From: a virus
Lineage: Duplodnaviria > Caudoviricetes
Strand: one strand, 5' to 3'
DNA: 38,263 bases
Virus record (IMG/VR): IMGVR_UViG_3300049182_000029
Location: 1-38,263 of that record
Below the pieces are notes generated by a model. It was not told the origin of the DNA, did no database searches, and was given only the letters and a program-made list of their open reading frames with translations. A program made the position numbers and the translations under genes. Positions 16,524 to 26,805 of the stretch are shown in pieces. Positions within the stretch are counted from its first letter, which is position 1; each line of letters begins with the position of its first letter.

Positions 16524-17384
16524 ATGCCAGCATCGATTACCCAAGCGTTTGTCCAGCAGTGGGACACCACCATCCGCCAGCAAGCGCAGCAGAAGCAATC
16601 CCGTTTGGCCACCACCGTGTTCGACAAGGGCACCATTACCGGCGAGTCGTTCACTGCGAACCGCCTGGCGCCGCTGGAAGACACCCCGCAAAACACCGTG
16701 CGCCACGGCGATACCGAGTGGAGCGATGCCACCCACACCACCCGCGTGGCCCTGATGCAGGATTTCTATCAGGCCCTGCCGGTTGACCGCGCCGACGAGC
16801 CAAAAGTGCTCGCCAACCCGACTGGCGCCTACATGGACAGCCTGGTTTCTGCCTGGAACCGCCGCCAGGACAAGCTGATTTTTAACGCCCTGATCGGCAA
16901 TTCGCAGACCAAGGAAGGCGCGCTGATCGCGCTGCCGGCCGGTCAGAAGATCGTCGCAGGCGCTACTGGCTTCACCAAGGCGAAGATCATCACCGCGCGC
17001 AAGATCTTCCGCAAGAACGAAGCCGACCAGCACAATGGTGAAGAACTGTTCCTGCCGTACAACAGCGAAATGCTGGAAGACATCCTGGCCGACACTACGC
17101 TGACCAGCGCCGATTTCATGGCCGTCAAGATGCTGCAAGACGGCGATGTGTCGGGTAAATGGATGGGCGTGAACTGGATCCCTTACGAGGGTATTCAGCT
17201 GGTATCGACGACCTACTCGACGGTGATGTACGCCAAGTCCGCGCTGCATCGCGGTACGGGCTTCGTCGAAGGTAAGAGCCAACGTCGCGGCGACAAGAAA
17301 GACACGATGCAAGTGTCAATGGCGGCCTCGTTCGGCTCCGTCCGCGTCGAAGAAGAGAAGGTCGTCCAGATCGACTTCGTATAA
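16524..17384 (+). CDS. Major capsid protein
   Basis: ITQAFVQQW..QQKQSRL, NRRQD, TSADF..VK.L.DG..KWMG..WI and VRVEEEKVVQI; follows the scaffold gene. Confidence 0.92.
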   Translation: MPASITQAFVQQWDTTIRQQAQQKQSRLATTVFDKGTITGESFTANRLAPLEDTPQNTVRHGDTEWSDATHTTRVALMQDFYQALPVDRADEPKVLANPTGAYMDSLVSAWNRRQDKLIFNALIGNSQTKEGALIALPAGQKIVAGATGFTKAKIITARKIFRKNEADQHNGEELFLPYNSEMLEDILADTTLTSADFMAVKMLQDGDVSGKWMGVNWIPYEGIQLVSTTYSTVMYAKSALHRGTGFVEGKSQRRGDKKDTMQVSMAASFGSVRVEEEKVVQIDFV

Positions 17385-17394
17385 CCAACCAGTA

Positions 17395-17416
17395 GCGGCG
17401 ACCTCCGGGTCGCCGT
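17395..17416 (+). other. Intergenic hairpin without a U-tract
   Basis: GCGGCGACC-tccg-GGTCGCCGT between the capsid and cement genes. Confidence 0.6.
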
Positions 17417-17456
17417 AACCGCATCGAATCGAATCAAAATTTAGGAGCATTACACC

Positions 17457-17912
17457 ATGGCTGAAGTCAACACTACCCAAGGCGCGAAACTGGTCGCAGG
17501 CACGAAGCTGCTGCCGTACGAATCGCACGGCCGCATCCGCATCCTCGCATCGAAGATGCCAACGACCTACGCGTCGGCGCCGATTGCTGACACCATCTTT
17601 ATCGGTCGCGTCAAGGCCGGTACGCGCTTCCTCGGCACCGGCGTTGTATCGTGCGCCGCCGGCACCGCGTCGAGCACCATCAGCATCGGCTTGCGCGAAA
17701 CCGCAACCGGCACCGTGGTTAGCGCGACGGCCCTGGCCACCGGCTTGGACATCGCCGCGGCCGGCGTCAAGCTGGTGAACACCGGCGCGTATGTCGCAGC
17801 TGGTGCGGAGTACATCACCACGAAAGAGTGCGACGTGTACGCCACCATCGCCGGCGCTGCTTTGGCTGCCAACCAGTCGCTGAAGTTCGAACTGCCGTAC
17901 GTCGCCGACTGA
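17457..17912 (+). CDS. Capsid cement/decoration protein (Bbp16-like)
   Basis: Small beta-rich Ala/Gly/Thr protein directly after the major capsid gene; AGGAG RBS. Confidence 0.7.
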   Translation: MAEVNTTQGAKLVAGTKLLPYESHGRIRILASKMPTTYASAPIADTIFIGRVKAGTRFLGTGVVSCAAGTASSTISIGLRETATGTVVSATALATGLDIAAAGVKLVNTGAYVAAGAEYITTKECDVYATIAGAALAANQSLKFELPYVAD

Positions 17913-17948
17913 TCGACCGTTTCTCCCTGCCCCCTGTGGGTGTTCTTT

Positions 17949-17975
17949 GCCGGGGCCTTTGTGCCCCGGTTTTTT
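17949..17975 (+). terminator. Rho-independent terminator
   Basis: GCCGGGGC-ctttgt-GCCCCGGT-TTTTT. Confidence 0.85.
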
Positions 17976-17990
17976 ATTGAGGTTTCGATT

Positions 17991-18557
17991 ATGGCCAGTG
18001 ACGTTTCCATCGCTTCAAATGCGCTCGTAATGCTGGGCGGCCAGTCCTTCAGCTCATTCGACGAGCCAAAGCCACATGTGCGCGTTGCCGCAAGCATCTA
18101 TGCCACCGTGCGCGACGATGTGTTGCGCCTGCATCCGTGGAACTGCGCGACCGACCGGGTAATCCTGGCGCCGCTCGTCACCCCACCCGCATTCGATTTC
18201 GCGTATCAGTTCGCACTGCCCGGCGACTGGCTGCGCACCATTCAGGTCGGGCGCGCCGGCGACCCGCTCGAATACCGGTCCGAGCGCCAACGCATCCTGG
18301 CCGCCGTCAACGCGCTGCCGCTGGTCTACATCTTCCGCAACACGGCCGAGGACACATGGTCTGCCAACCTGATTCACGTGATGGAACTGGCGCTAGCCGC
18401 GAAGATGGCTTACACGATCACCAGCAGCATTTCTGTGCGCGACAGCTTCCGCGATGAGTTCGCGCGCGAGCTGAAGGCGGCCAAGGCCATCGACGGCCAG
18501 GACGATCCACCGGAAGAGTTCGCCGCCGGCTCGTTCCTCGAAGCGCGATTCTCGTAA
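17991..18557 (+). CDS. Tail adaptor / tail tubular protein A (T7 gp11-like)
   Basis: IASNALVMLG, LRLHPWNCAT and YQFALPGDWLR motifs. Confidence 0.85.
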   Translation: MASDVSIASNALVMLGGQSFSSFDEPKPHVRVAASIYATVRDDVLRLHPWNCATDRVILAPLVTPPAFDFAYQFALPGDWLRTIQVGRAGDPLEYRSERQRILAAVNALPLVYIFRNTAEDTWSANLIHVMELALAAKMAYTITSSISVRDSFRDEFARELKAAKAIDGQDDPPEEFAAGSFLEARFS

Positions 18558-18566
18558 GGAGCTGCA

Positions 18567-20741
18567 ATGGCACGTGTCACTATCAATCAAACAAATTTCA
18601 CGGCCGGCGAGGTCTCCCCCAAGTGCTACGGACGGGTCGATCTGACGCGCTACCAGAACGGCGCGCGGGCGATGCCGAACTGCAAAATCAACATTCACGG
18701 TGGGGCCGAGCGCCGCGACGGAACGGTATATGTGGCCGAGACGAAGAACAGCGCCGCACGCTGCCGCCTGATCCCTTACGTGTTCAGCACCACCCAGGCG
18801 TATGTCCTGGAGTTCGGCAACCTGTACATGCGCGTGTACGTCCAGAGCGGCGGACAGGTGCTGAGCGGCGGCTTGCCGTATGAGATCGTGACGCCGTACA
18901 CGACTGCCATGCTCGACGAACTGGATTACACCCAGGGCGCCGATACGATGTTCCTGTGCCACCGCGATGTGCCGGTGCATACGCTCAAGCGCAACGCAAG
19001 CGACCAGTGGTCCCTCAACCCCGCCCCGTTCACTGTGGAGCCATTCGACGAGATCGGCCATACCTTCCCGTACGACCTGACTTTACTGGGCGCGGGCGTG
19101 GGCTCATGGGGCGCGACCACGACCACGTTCACTTTTCTGCCAGGCGACAAAGGCCGCCGGATCACCTACCAGAACGGGGTAGCGGTAATCGACACGGTTT
19201 TCAGCGGTACATCGATCAACATCACGACGACCGCCGCTTTCCCGACGACAGTGCTTCCGGCCAGCCAGTGGCAGCTTCTGGATTCGCCGCAATCTGACAT
19301 GACGCCAGCGTTCAAGGACCCAGTCGGCGCCGTAACCGCGCTGACCTCGCCAACGAATAGCTGGCGCGCCCAAGACGTGGGCAAGTTCGTCCGCATCAAT
19401 GGCGGCCTGATTCAGATCACGCAGTGGAGCAACGTCAATAGCGTCAATGGGGTTATCAAGCAGGAGCTGGCCAGCGTGGTCGCCGCGCCGCCCAGTGCCT
19501 GGACGCTAGAAGCATCGGTCTGGAACGCGATCAACGGCTACCCGAGTACCGGCACGCTGTACGAGCAGCGCCTGATCCTGGCCGGATCGAATGCTTACCC
19601 GCAAACGGTATGGGGCTCGCGCTCCGGGCTGTTCTACGATTTCACGATCGGCACGAATGACGACGACGCCTTCAGCTTCAGCCTGCCATCGACGGGGCAG
19701 ATCAACCCGATTCAGCGCATGATCAGCGCCAACGCATTGATCCCGCTGACCTACGGCGGCGAACACACCATGCAGGGCGGTAACGACCTCCCGCTGACGC
19801 CGACCAACGTCAAGGCCCGCACGCCGTCGGCATACGGCTGCAACAAGGTCAAGCCGGTGCGGATCGGTAGCGAAATCCTGTTCGTGCAGCGCGCCGGGCG
19901 CAAGATTCGCGCACTGGCCTACCGCCTGGAAAGCGACGCTTACAACGCTCCGGACTTGACTGTGCTGGCTGAACACATCACCGAATCCGGGGTGACGGAC
20001 ATGGCCTACCAGCAGGAGCCGCTGCCGGTCTTGTGGTGCGTGCGCGCCGACGGCAAGATCGCGACGATGACGCTCGACCGTGACGAGGGCGTGACAGCCT
20101 GGACGCCGCTCAATACTGACGGCCTGTTCGAATCAGTCGCCGCGATTCCGAATGAAACCGGGGATGAAGTGTGGGTGGCGGTGCAGCGCACGATCAACGG
20201 CGCGACGAAACGATACGTTGAACGCTTCGATTCCACCCGCTACACCGATTGCGGCATCGAAGGAACGAGCGGCCCAGGCGCCAGCGTATGGGGCAACCTT
20301 GGCCACCTGGAGGGCGAACAGGTGGCGGTCAAGGCGGATGGCGTGTACCTCGGGCTGTTCACAGTGGCGGGCGCCCAGGTCACTCTGCCGCGCGACGCAT
20401 TCGAGGTCGAGATTGGCGTGCTGTTTTCGAACAGTGTCACACTGCTGCGCCCCGAAGTGCAGGCCGGCGACGGCACCGCCCAGGGCAACGCGCAACGCGT
20501 ACATGAAATCTCAGTGCTGATCATGAACAGCGTAGGAATGAAAATCAACGGCGACGAGGTGGCGTTCCGCGAGTTCGGTACCGAGTTGCTCGACGAGGCG
20601 CCCGGAATTTTCTCTGGCTACAAACGGGCTGGTCTGGTCCAATGGGTACGTGACGATGAGCAAGAAATCACGATCACACAAGACGAGCCGTATCCGTTCC
20701 ACGTGCTATCGGTCGTGCGCAAACTGACCGTCAACCCATAA
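18567..20741 (+). CDS. Tail nozzle / tail tubular protein B (T7 gp12-like)
   Basis: QTNFTAGEVSP..GRVD..RY.NG, GGAERRDGT, YEQRL, LFVQRAG, DLTVLAEH and LGHLEGEQV. Confidence 0.9.
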   Translation: MARVTINQTNFTAGEVSPKCYGRVDLTRYQNGARAMPNCKINIHGGAERRDGTVYVAETKNSAARCRLIPYVFSTTQAYVLEFGNLYMRVYVQSGGQVLSGGLPYEIVTPYTTAMLDELDYTQGADTMFLCHRDVPVHTLKRNASDQWSLNPAPFTVEPFDEIGHTFPYDLTLLGAGVGSWGATTTTFTFLPGDKGRRITYQNGVAVIDTVFSGTSINITTTAAFPTTVLPASQWQLLDSPQSDMTPAFKDPVGAVTALTSPTNSWRAQDVGKFVRINGGLIQITQWSNVNSVNGVIKQELASVVAAPPSAWTLEASVWNAINGYPSTGTLYEQRLILAGSNAYPQTVWGSRSGLFYDFTIGTNDDDAFSFSLPSTGQINPIQRMISANALIPLTYGGEHTMQGGNDLPLTPTNVKARTPSAYGCNKVKPVRIGSEILFVQRAGRKIRALAYRLESDAYNAPDLTVLAEHITESGVTDMAYQQEPLPVLWCVRADGKIATMTLDRDEGVTAWTPLNTDGLFESVAAIPNETGDEVWVAVQRTINGATKRYVERFDSTRYTDCGIEGTSGPGASVWGNLGHLEGEQVAVKADGVYLGLFTVAGAQVTLPRDAFEVEIGVLFSNSVTLLRPEVQAGDGTAQGNAQRVHEISVLIMNSVGMKINGDEVAFREFGTELLDEAPGIFSGYKRAGLVQWVRDDEQEITITQDEPYPFHVLSVVRKLTVNP

Positions 20742-20750
20742 GGTATAGAG

Positions 20751-21209
20751 ATGAAGATTCGCCCCGCCGTACCGGATGACCTGCCAACGCTGCTCGAGCT
20801 GGGCCGCTGCATGCATGCCGAGTCCCCCAGGTTCAACGCCCTGACGTTCGACGACACGAAGGTGCTCGAGCTGCTGACCAGCGCCATCGAAGACGACCGC
20901 TACCTGTTGATCGTGGTCGATGACGGCGAGGGCGACCTGGTCGGTGGGTTCATCGGCTATATAACGCCGGCCTGGTTCAGCCACGATGAGGTGGCCGCCG
21001 ACTTGGCTCTGTTCGTCGATCCTGACCGGCGCGGCGGCATCGTGGCGGCGCGCCTGCTCAAGGCGTATGCCGAATGGGCGGAGGCACGTGGGGCGAAGCA
21101 GATCACCGCTGGGATTAGCACCGGCGTCATGGTCGAGCAGACGGCGCAGATGTATCGCCGGCTTGGCTTTAACCAGTATGGCTATCTGTTCGAGGTGCCC
21201 AATGATTGA
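20751..21209 (+). CDS. GNAT-family acetyltransferase
   Basis: IRPA..DD; LFVDPDRRGG; MYRRLGF. Confidence 0.88.
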   Translation: MKIRPAVPDDLPTLLELGRCMHAESPRFNALTFDDTKVLELLTSAIEDDRYLLIVVDDGEGDLVGGFIGYITPAWFSHDEVAADLALFVDPDRRGGIVAARLLKAYAEWAEARGAKQITAGISTGVMVEQTAQMYRRLGFNQYGYLFEVPND

Positions 21210-21651
21210 GGTCAAACGCACCACCATTGCCGCGCTCGAAGCGGCGCCTGAGCTGCCCGCCCTGCTGGCCGAGTATGCGACGGAATCGGCAAACGACGAG
21301 ATCGGCCCGGCCACGCCGCAGTTCGCCACCTACCGCGCGATGGAAGCATCTGGCCTGTTCCAGGCGTTTGCCGCGGTCGACGGTGCCGCCCTGGTCGGTT
21401 TCATGTTCCTGCTGACCCCGACGCTGCCGCACTTCGGGAAGATGGTCGGTGTGGCCGAATCGTATTTCGTCGCCGCGGCGCATCGCAAGACCGGCGCCGG
21501 CACCCAGCTCCGGCAGGCGGCGGAAGCGGCGGCGGCGGCGGCGGGCGCGGTCGGCATGCTGATCACCGCACCGTCGGGAGGTCGGCTCGAACAGGTCATG
21601 CCGCGTGTCGGCTACCGGGAAACCGGTCTTACATTCTTCAAGGGGTTCTGA
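21202..21651 (+). CDS. Second GNAT-family acetyltransferase
   Basis: ESYFVAAAHRKTGAGTQL; RVGY; start at 21202 with GAGG RBS. Confidence 0.8.
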   Translation: MIEVKRTTIAALEAAPELPALLAEYATESANDEIGPATPQFATYRAMEASGLFQAFAAVDGAALVGFMFLLTPTLPHFGKMVGVAESYFVAAAHRKTGAGTQLRQAAEAAAAAAGAVGMLITAPSGGRLEQVMPRVGYRETGLTFFKGF

Positions 21652-22115
21652 TGAGCATGACCGTACCATCGAAGTTCAGCATTCAGCCGATGTCGCCGGA
21701 TGCGGTGGCGCGCGTGACCGAGCTGGAACAGCGCATCCTGGCGCTGCCCCAGGTCGAGATCCACACGCAGCACGTCCTGCACGCCGGCATGTACTCGCGC
21801 ACGATCACAATCCCCGCCGGCGTTGTGCTGACGGGGGCGTTGATCAAGCGCGCCACCCTGGTCATCGTGAGCGGCGACGTGCTGGTGTCGCGGGGCGATG
21901 CCGAGGGCCTGCGCATCACTGGCACCGAGGTGCTGCCGGCCAGTGCCGGGCGCAAACAGGCGTTCGTGGCCTATGCCGACACCACCGTGACCATGATTTT
22001 CCCGACCAGCGCCGCGACCGTGGAAGAGGCGGAAGTCGAATTTACCGACGATACCGAGCTGCTGTTTTCGCGTCGCGATCCGAATCTCAATACCATCATC
22101 ATCACAGGAGAATAA
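21651..22115 (+). CDS. Cupin-like protein
   Basis: H..HAGMYSRTITIPAGVVLTG...SGDVLV..AGRKQ double-stranded beta-helix pattern. Confidence 0.65.
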   Translation: MSMTVPSKFSIQPMSPDAVARVTELEQRILALPQVEIHTQHVLHAGMYSRTITIPAGVVLTGALIKRATLVIVSGDVLVSRGDAEGLRITGTEVLPASAGRKQAFVAYADTTVTMIFPTSAATVEEAEVEFTDDTELLFSRRDPNLNTIIITGE

Positions 22116-22117
22116 CT

Positions 22118-22597
22118 ATGTCAGGCGGAATTTCAGCGACCACAATGGTCATGATGGCGGCCACGGCCGTCAGCGCGGTTGCGGGATTGTATGCCGCAGA
22201 TTCGGCGGATAAGTCAGCGGATGCCGGCGCCGAGTTGCAGCGCCGCGAAGGTGCCCAACAGGCCGATGCCGCAATGGCCCAGGCCGAGAAGATCCGGAAG
22301 GCCGGGCGCGCGCAGGCCGGCGCGGCCAATGCGGCAATGGCCGCTTCGGGTGTCGCCATCGGCGAAGGCACGCCGCTACGCATCAACGAGGCGATCTATC
22401 AGGATTCGGAGAGCGACGCCTACAGCACGCTGCTCACCGGCACCCGGCGCCAGCGCTCAAGCGAAGAGCAGGCCGGCATCATGGAAAGCGAAGGCAAGGC
22501 GGCGAAGACGGGCGGCTACCTGAGCGCCACGGCATCGGTGCTGAGCGCCGGCTCGAGCTACAGCAAATGGCAAACCACGCAGAAGAGGGGCGGTTAA
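22118..22597 (+). CDS. Small internal virion/ejection protein (T7 gp14-like)
   Basis: Hydrophobic N-terminus; AAMAASGV..GEGTPL; AGGAG RBS. Confidence 0.75.
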   Translation: MSGGISATTMVMMAATAVSAVAGLYAADSADKSADAGAELQRREGAQQADAAMAQAEKIRKAGRAQAGAANAAMAASGVAIGEGTPLRINEAIYQDSESDAYSTLLTGTRRQRSSEEQAGIMESEGKAAKTGGYLSATASVLSAGSSYSKWQTTQKRGG

Positions 22598-24604
22598 ATG
22601 AAGATCCCAATGGGAAATTTCGGCAATGTCGTTGCCGAGCCACAGCGGCAGGCGCAGGTCCGCAACACCGGCGGCGCCATCGCGCAGGGCGTCGCGGACA
22701 TCGGGCAGGCACTGGACGGCATCGGCAAGGACATGCAGCAGGCCGAGCTGCAAAAACAGCGCTCGGAAGCGGCAATGACGGCCGCGCAACTGTCGAATGA
22801 CCTGCATGACGTGCATGACCAGATCGGTCGCGATGTCACTGCTGGCACGATGCCAGCGGATCAGGCTGTTCCCGAGTTCCAGAAGCGCATGGGCGAGATC
22901 AGCGGCGAGCGCATGAAGAGTTTGACCAACGACCAGCGCATGGTCATCGACGAGCATCTCGTGCGCTCTGGCGGCTCGCTGACGCGCAACTTGCAAGGTG
23001 TGGCCCTGAAGCGCACCCAGGCCGACACCGGCGCCAACCTGCTGGGCATGGGCGAACAGTTCCAGCGCGCCGCGATGCGGGATCTCCCGGGCGCCATCAA
23101 GCAGTGGGATCAGGCGGTTGATACCATGGGCCCGGCCGCCGGCTGGGGACCGGAGCAGATTGCCAAGGCCAAGCATGGATTTGTCGAAGGCGCCACGTTC
23201 AACTTTGCCAATGCAACCCTGGAAGGTGCGGCGCAGACCGGCGACATCGAACTGGTTCGCGCGGCACGCGCCAAGATCGAGGGGAAGGACGGCGAACCGA
23301 TCGATCCGGCCCGCCGCACCGCCCTGATCACCAAGGCATATGGCATCGAGAACGGCATCCTGGCCAGCGGCATCCGCGATCAGGAGAAGCTGAAGCGTGA
23401 GGCGGAAGCGCGCGAGAACAAAGCCGGCGACGTGTTCAAGTCCTACCAGTCCCTGGTACTGGAAGGGCGCTACCTGTCCACCGATGCGATCAACGAGCTG
23501 TCCACCGTCACCGCCGGAACCAGCTACGCGCCCGCCGTGCAAGAGCTGGTCAAGGCCCAGGCCCAGGTGGCCGGCTTCGCGGCCCTGCCGCTGCAAGACC
23601 AGACAGCGCAGATCGAGCAGCTGCGCGCCGCCGGAAGCACGCGCGACGTGGGCACCAACCCGGACCGCGAGAAGTTGATCGGCCAACTGGAGCGGATCAG
23701 GGATTCCGGGCAGAAGGCGTACGCCGAAAACCCATGGACGGCGGCCCAGGAGCGCGGCGTTGTCCAGCGCGCCCCCGAAGTACAGTTGAACGACATCGCC
23801 GGCGCCCAGGCGGTGTTGGGCGAGCGCATGAAGGAAATCGCCACCGTGGAGGCGGCGGCGGGCCGGAAGATCTCGCCATTGCAACCGCAGGAAGCCGAGA
23901 CGATCGGCAAGCTGGTCCGCACCATGCCGCCCGACCAGCAGTCCGCCGCGCTGGCCGCATTCGGCAAAGTCATCAACGATCCTGAGCGGCTTTCCGACTT
24001 CGCGCGCCAGATCGATGCCAAGGACCGGGTACTGGGAACCGCGATGATGATAGGTGACCTGCAAACCACCCAGGGCCGGTATGTGTCCGAACTGGTGCTC
24101 AAGGGTGCGCGCGCGATGAAGGACAAGACGATCTCGGTGGATTCGGCCAAGGAAACCGGATGGCGCGCCGAGATTGCGAACGAGGTGGGGGACGCCTTCC
24201 CGAATCAGGAGGTGCGCGAGCGCATGATCGAAGCGGCATTCATGGTGCAAGCCGGGTTCGCGGCCGAAGGCGGCCAACCGGATTACAAGCGCGCGCTGCG
24301 GTTGGTCGCTGGTGAGATCGTCGAACACAACGGCGCCAAGATCCCGCTCCCCCGCGCGATGGACGAAAGCACGTTCGAGAAACGCCTGACTGCCATCCAG
24401 CCGGCCGCGCTTGCCGCCCAGGCACCCGGCGGTCAGGTCTACGTCGGCAAGACGCCCGTGCCGCTCGATCAGTTCGTCAAGTCCCTGGGCGATGCCGCGC
24501 TGGTCAGCGCCGGACCAGGAAAATACAACGTGCGTGCCGGGATGGGTCTGGTGACCAATTCCAAGGGCAAGCGCATCACCATCGAGGTAGGCAATGGCAA
24601 TTGA
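22598..24604 (+). CDS. Internal virion/ejection protein
   Basis: MKIPMGNFG start; helical, Ala/Gln-rich; position in the ejection cluster. Confidence 0.75.
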   Translation: MKIPMGNFGNVVAEPQRQAQVRNTGGAIAQGVADIGQALDGIGKDMQQAELQKQRSEAAMTAAQLSNDLHDVHDQIGRDVTAGTMPADQAVPEFQKRMGEISGERMKSLTNDQRMVIDEHLVRSGGSLTRNLQGVALKRTQADTGANLLGMGEQFQRAAMRDLPGAIKQWDQAVDTMGPAAGWGPEQIAKAKHGFVEGATFNFANATLEGAAQTGDIELVRAARAKIEGKDGEPIDPARRTALITKAYGIENGILASGIRDQEKLKREAEARENKAGDVFKSYQSLVLEGRYLSTDAINELSTVTAGTSYAPAVQELVKAQAQVAGFAALPLQDQTAQIEQLRAAGSTRDVGTNPDREKLIGQLERIRDSGQKAYAENPWTAAQERGVVQRAPEVQLNDIAGAQAVLGERMKEIATVEAAAGRKISPLQPQEAETIGKLVRTMPPDQQSAALAAFGKVINDPERLSDFARQIDAKDRVLGTAMMIGDLQTTQGRYVSELVLKGARAMKDKTISVDSAKETGWRAEIANEVGDAFPNQEVRERMIEAAFMVQAGFAAEGGQPDYKRALRLVAGEIVEHNGAKIPLPRAMDESTFEKRLTAIQPAALAAQAPGGQVYVGKTPVPLDQFVKSLGDAALVSAGPGKYNVRAGMGLVTNSKGKRITIEVGNGN

Positions 24605-26795
24605 TGACCTGTTCCAGTCCGGCACCGACAAGGTGCTGGATGACCGCGTAGCCCGCCCGCTGGCCGAACCACCTCCCCAAAGGTCGTTCGGCTTCAACGC
24701 TTTTAGCACGGTCGCGGCGGTGCCGAAGGGTGGCGCCGCCGGCATCACCGAGTCGGGCGGCTTCTTTGCCGACATCCTGGGTGCGTACGGGCAGGCCCAG
24801 GCGGGCCAGATGCGCGCGCTCGATCCTGCTCTGATGTTCGACCAGAAGGAAGCCGAGCGGGTCCGTGCCGAGGGCGCGGGCGCGCGCGAGCGGATCCACA
24901 CCGGTGAGGCGTTCAGTACCGAGATCGGCACCAGCCTGCGCCAGACCGCGCGCGACTATGCGCCGGACCCGGCCAGCGCCAACCAGGCCGAATCTCTGCT
25001 GTTCGGGCTGTCGCGCTTCGTGACCAAGGCAGTCGGCTACTCCCTGGCCGCCGGCCCGGTGCCGGGCGCGGTGCTGACCGGCGCCGACGAGGGTATGACG
25101 GAAGCGGACCGGCTCAAGGATCAGGGCGTGGACATGGCCACCCGCACGAAGGTGGGCGCGGTGGCTGGTGCTGTGGCCGGCGTTTCCGTGTCACTGCCGA
25201 TTGCCGGCACCACCTGGAAGACCACAGGCGCGCTGGTCGCGGTCGGCGGGCCGGGCGGCTTCATGGCCCAGCAGGCGGCCAGTAAAGCGATCCTGGCAAA
25301 CGCCGATTACGACCAGCTTGCCGAACAGTACGATCCATTCGACCCGGTCGGGCTTGCGGTTTCCACGCTGGTCCCGGCCGGCTTCGGCGCCTATGCGATG
25401 CGCGGCGCGCGGGCGCGGGCGGCGGCCGACACTGGCCCGGCGGTACGTCAGCTCGAGCAGATGGCAGGCAACGAGAAAACGGCGCTCAAGTACGACGACA
25501 CGCGCCTGGATGCCTACGCCGTGACGGCCGCCCAGCGCGAGGGAATCCCACCCGAGATGCTGCTGGCGATCAAGAACGCGGGCGAGCGCTCGAACAGCGG
25601 GCAGGTATCGACGGCCGGCGCCAAGGGCGTGATGCAGTTCATGGATTCGACTTGGACCCAGTACGGGCGAGGCGACCCGCGCGACCCGACCGCATCGATC
25701 GACGCCGGCGCGCGCTACATGAAAGACCTGCTCAAGCAGTATGACGGCAACATGCAGGCCGCGCTGGCGCACTACAACGGTGGCACCAAGGCAGGCGACG
25801 CCGTCATGCGCGGCGAGCGGCCCCCAGCCAAGGAGACGCGCGACTACCTGGAGCGCACCGAACGTTTCATCGCCGAGCGCGCCGGCACCGAGCAGGGCAA
25901 AGCAGCAGCTGCCGACCCTGAGATCGTGGCCGCCGCCCGCGTGCAGCAGGTACGCGAGACGGTCGAAGCACTCAATCCGCGCGATCCGGCCGACGTGGCC
26001 GGGCAGCAGGCGCACTTCGATTCGGTCATGCGCGCCGCCGACCAGCTGGCCGCGGGGGAGCGTGTGAACGTGGCCGAGGTTGCTCCGTTGGATGCCGCCG
26101 CCCAGGTCCGTCTGATCGATACGATAGCCGAGCGCATCGAGACCGCGCGCGAGGATCTGTCGCCAGACTTCGTCCCGGAATCGGTCGGCCCCATGCGCGC
26201 CGAGCTGGAGACCATCGCCCAGGTCAGGCAGGCCGCCGATGAGGTGGCCGCCCGCGCCGCGCCAGACGAGCATGCCGGGGTCAAGTTCGTCGACGAAGGC
26301 AAGGCCGATGCCTACCTGCGCGAGAAGAAGATCAGCAGAACGCACCGGGTCGAGAACACCGGGCGCGACGAATACAGCGTTCGGCCGAAGAAACAGGCAG
26401 GGTCAAACTGGCGCGAGAAAGCAACCGCGCGCGAGGCCAAGCTGGCCGAACAGCTCCGGGTGGCCGAGGAAAACATAGCCGCGCGCACCGCCGCCAAGGC
26501 TGAACCTGCACCGGCACCCGCCGGCCCAGCACCAGAAGCACCCGCCAACGCACCAGACGGGCCCACAGCAGGCGCGGCGCCGAAGGCTGGCGCAAACCCG
26601 CTTGCCTCATCGCTCGACGCTCAAACGGCTGAGCTTGCCCGCCTGGCGCCGGATATGATGGTCCAGCTGGAAGGCATGGACGCGCCGATGCGCCTTGCCG
26701 ACGCCCTGGAAGCCGTCCGCGCCGAAGCGGCAAAGGATGCAGAAACCGCGCCGCTGTATCAGGTGGCCGCCGAATGCTTGTTGCAGAACGTATAA
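24594..26795 (+). CDS. Ejection protein with lytic transglycosylase (SLT) domain
   Basis: LLAIKNAGERS..STAGAKGVMQFM..TW..GARYM..ALAHYNGG. Confidence 0.85.
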   Translation: MAIDDLFQSGTDKVLDDRVARPLAEPPPQRSFGFNAFSTVAAVPKGGAAGITESGGFFADILGAYGQAQAGQMRALDPALMFDQKEAERVRAEGAGARERIHTGEAFSTEIGTSLRQTARDYAPDPASANQAESLLFGLSRFVTKAVGYSLAAGPVPGAVLTGADEGMTEADRLKDQGVDMATRTKVGAVAGAVAGVSVSLPIAGTTWKTTGALVAVGGPGGFMAQQAASKAILANADYDQLAEQYDPFDPVGLAVSTLVPAGFGAYAMRGARARAAADTGPAVRQLEQMAGNEKTALKYDDTRLDAYAVTAAQREGIPPEMLLAIKNAGERSNSGQVSTAGAKGVMQFMDSTWTQYGRGDPRDPTASIDAGARYMKDLLKQYDGNMQAALAHYNGGTKAGDAVMRGERPPAKETRDYLERTERFIAERAGTEQGKAAAADPEIVAAARVQQVRETVEALNPRDPADVAGQQAHFDSVMRAADQLAAGERVNVAEVAPLDAAAQVRLIDTIAERIETAREDLSPDFVPESVGPMRAELETIAQVRQAADEVAARAAPDEHAGVKFVDEGKADAYLREKKISRTHRVENTGRDEYSVRPKKQAGSNWREKATAREAKLAEQLRVAEENIAARTAAKAEPAPAPAGPAPEAPANAPDGPTAGAAPKAGANPLASSLDAQTAELARLAPDMMVQLEGMDAPMRLADALEAVRAEAAKDAETAPLYQVAAECLLQNV

Positions 26796-26805
26796 AGGAA
26801 ACACC

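Noticed and set aside
21513-21548. GCG-rich tandem-like repeat
   Set aside because: It simply encodes an Ala-rich helix in the second GNAT
22457-24931. 824-aa antisense ORF, and other long antisense ORFs such as 27655-29175, 14165-15433 and 12100-13101
   Set aside because: Shadow ORFs opposite well-supported genes in high-GC DNA; no motifs or RBS
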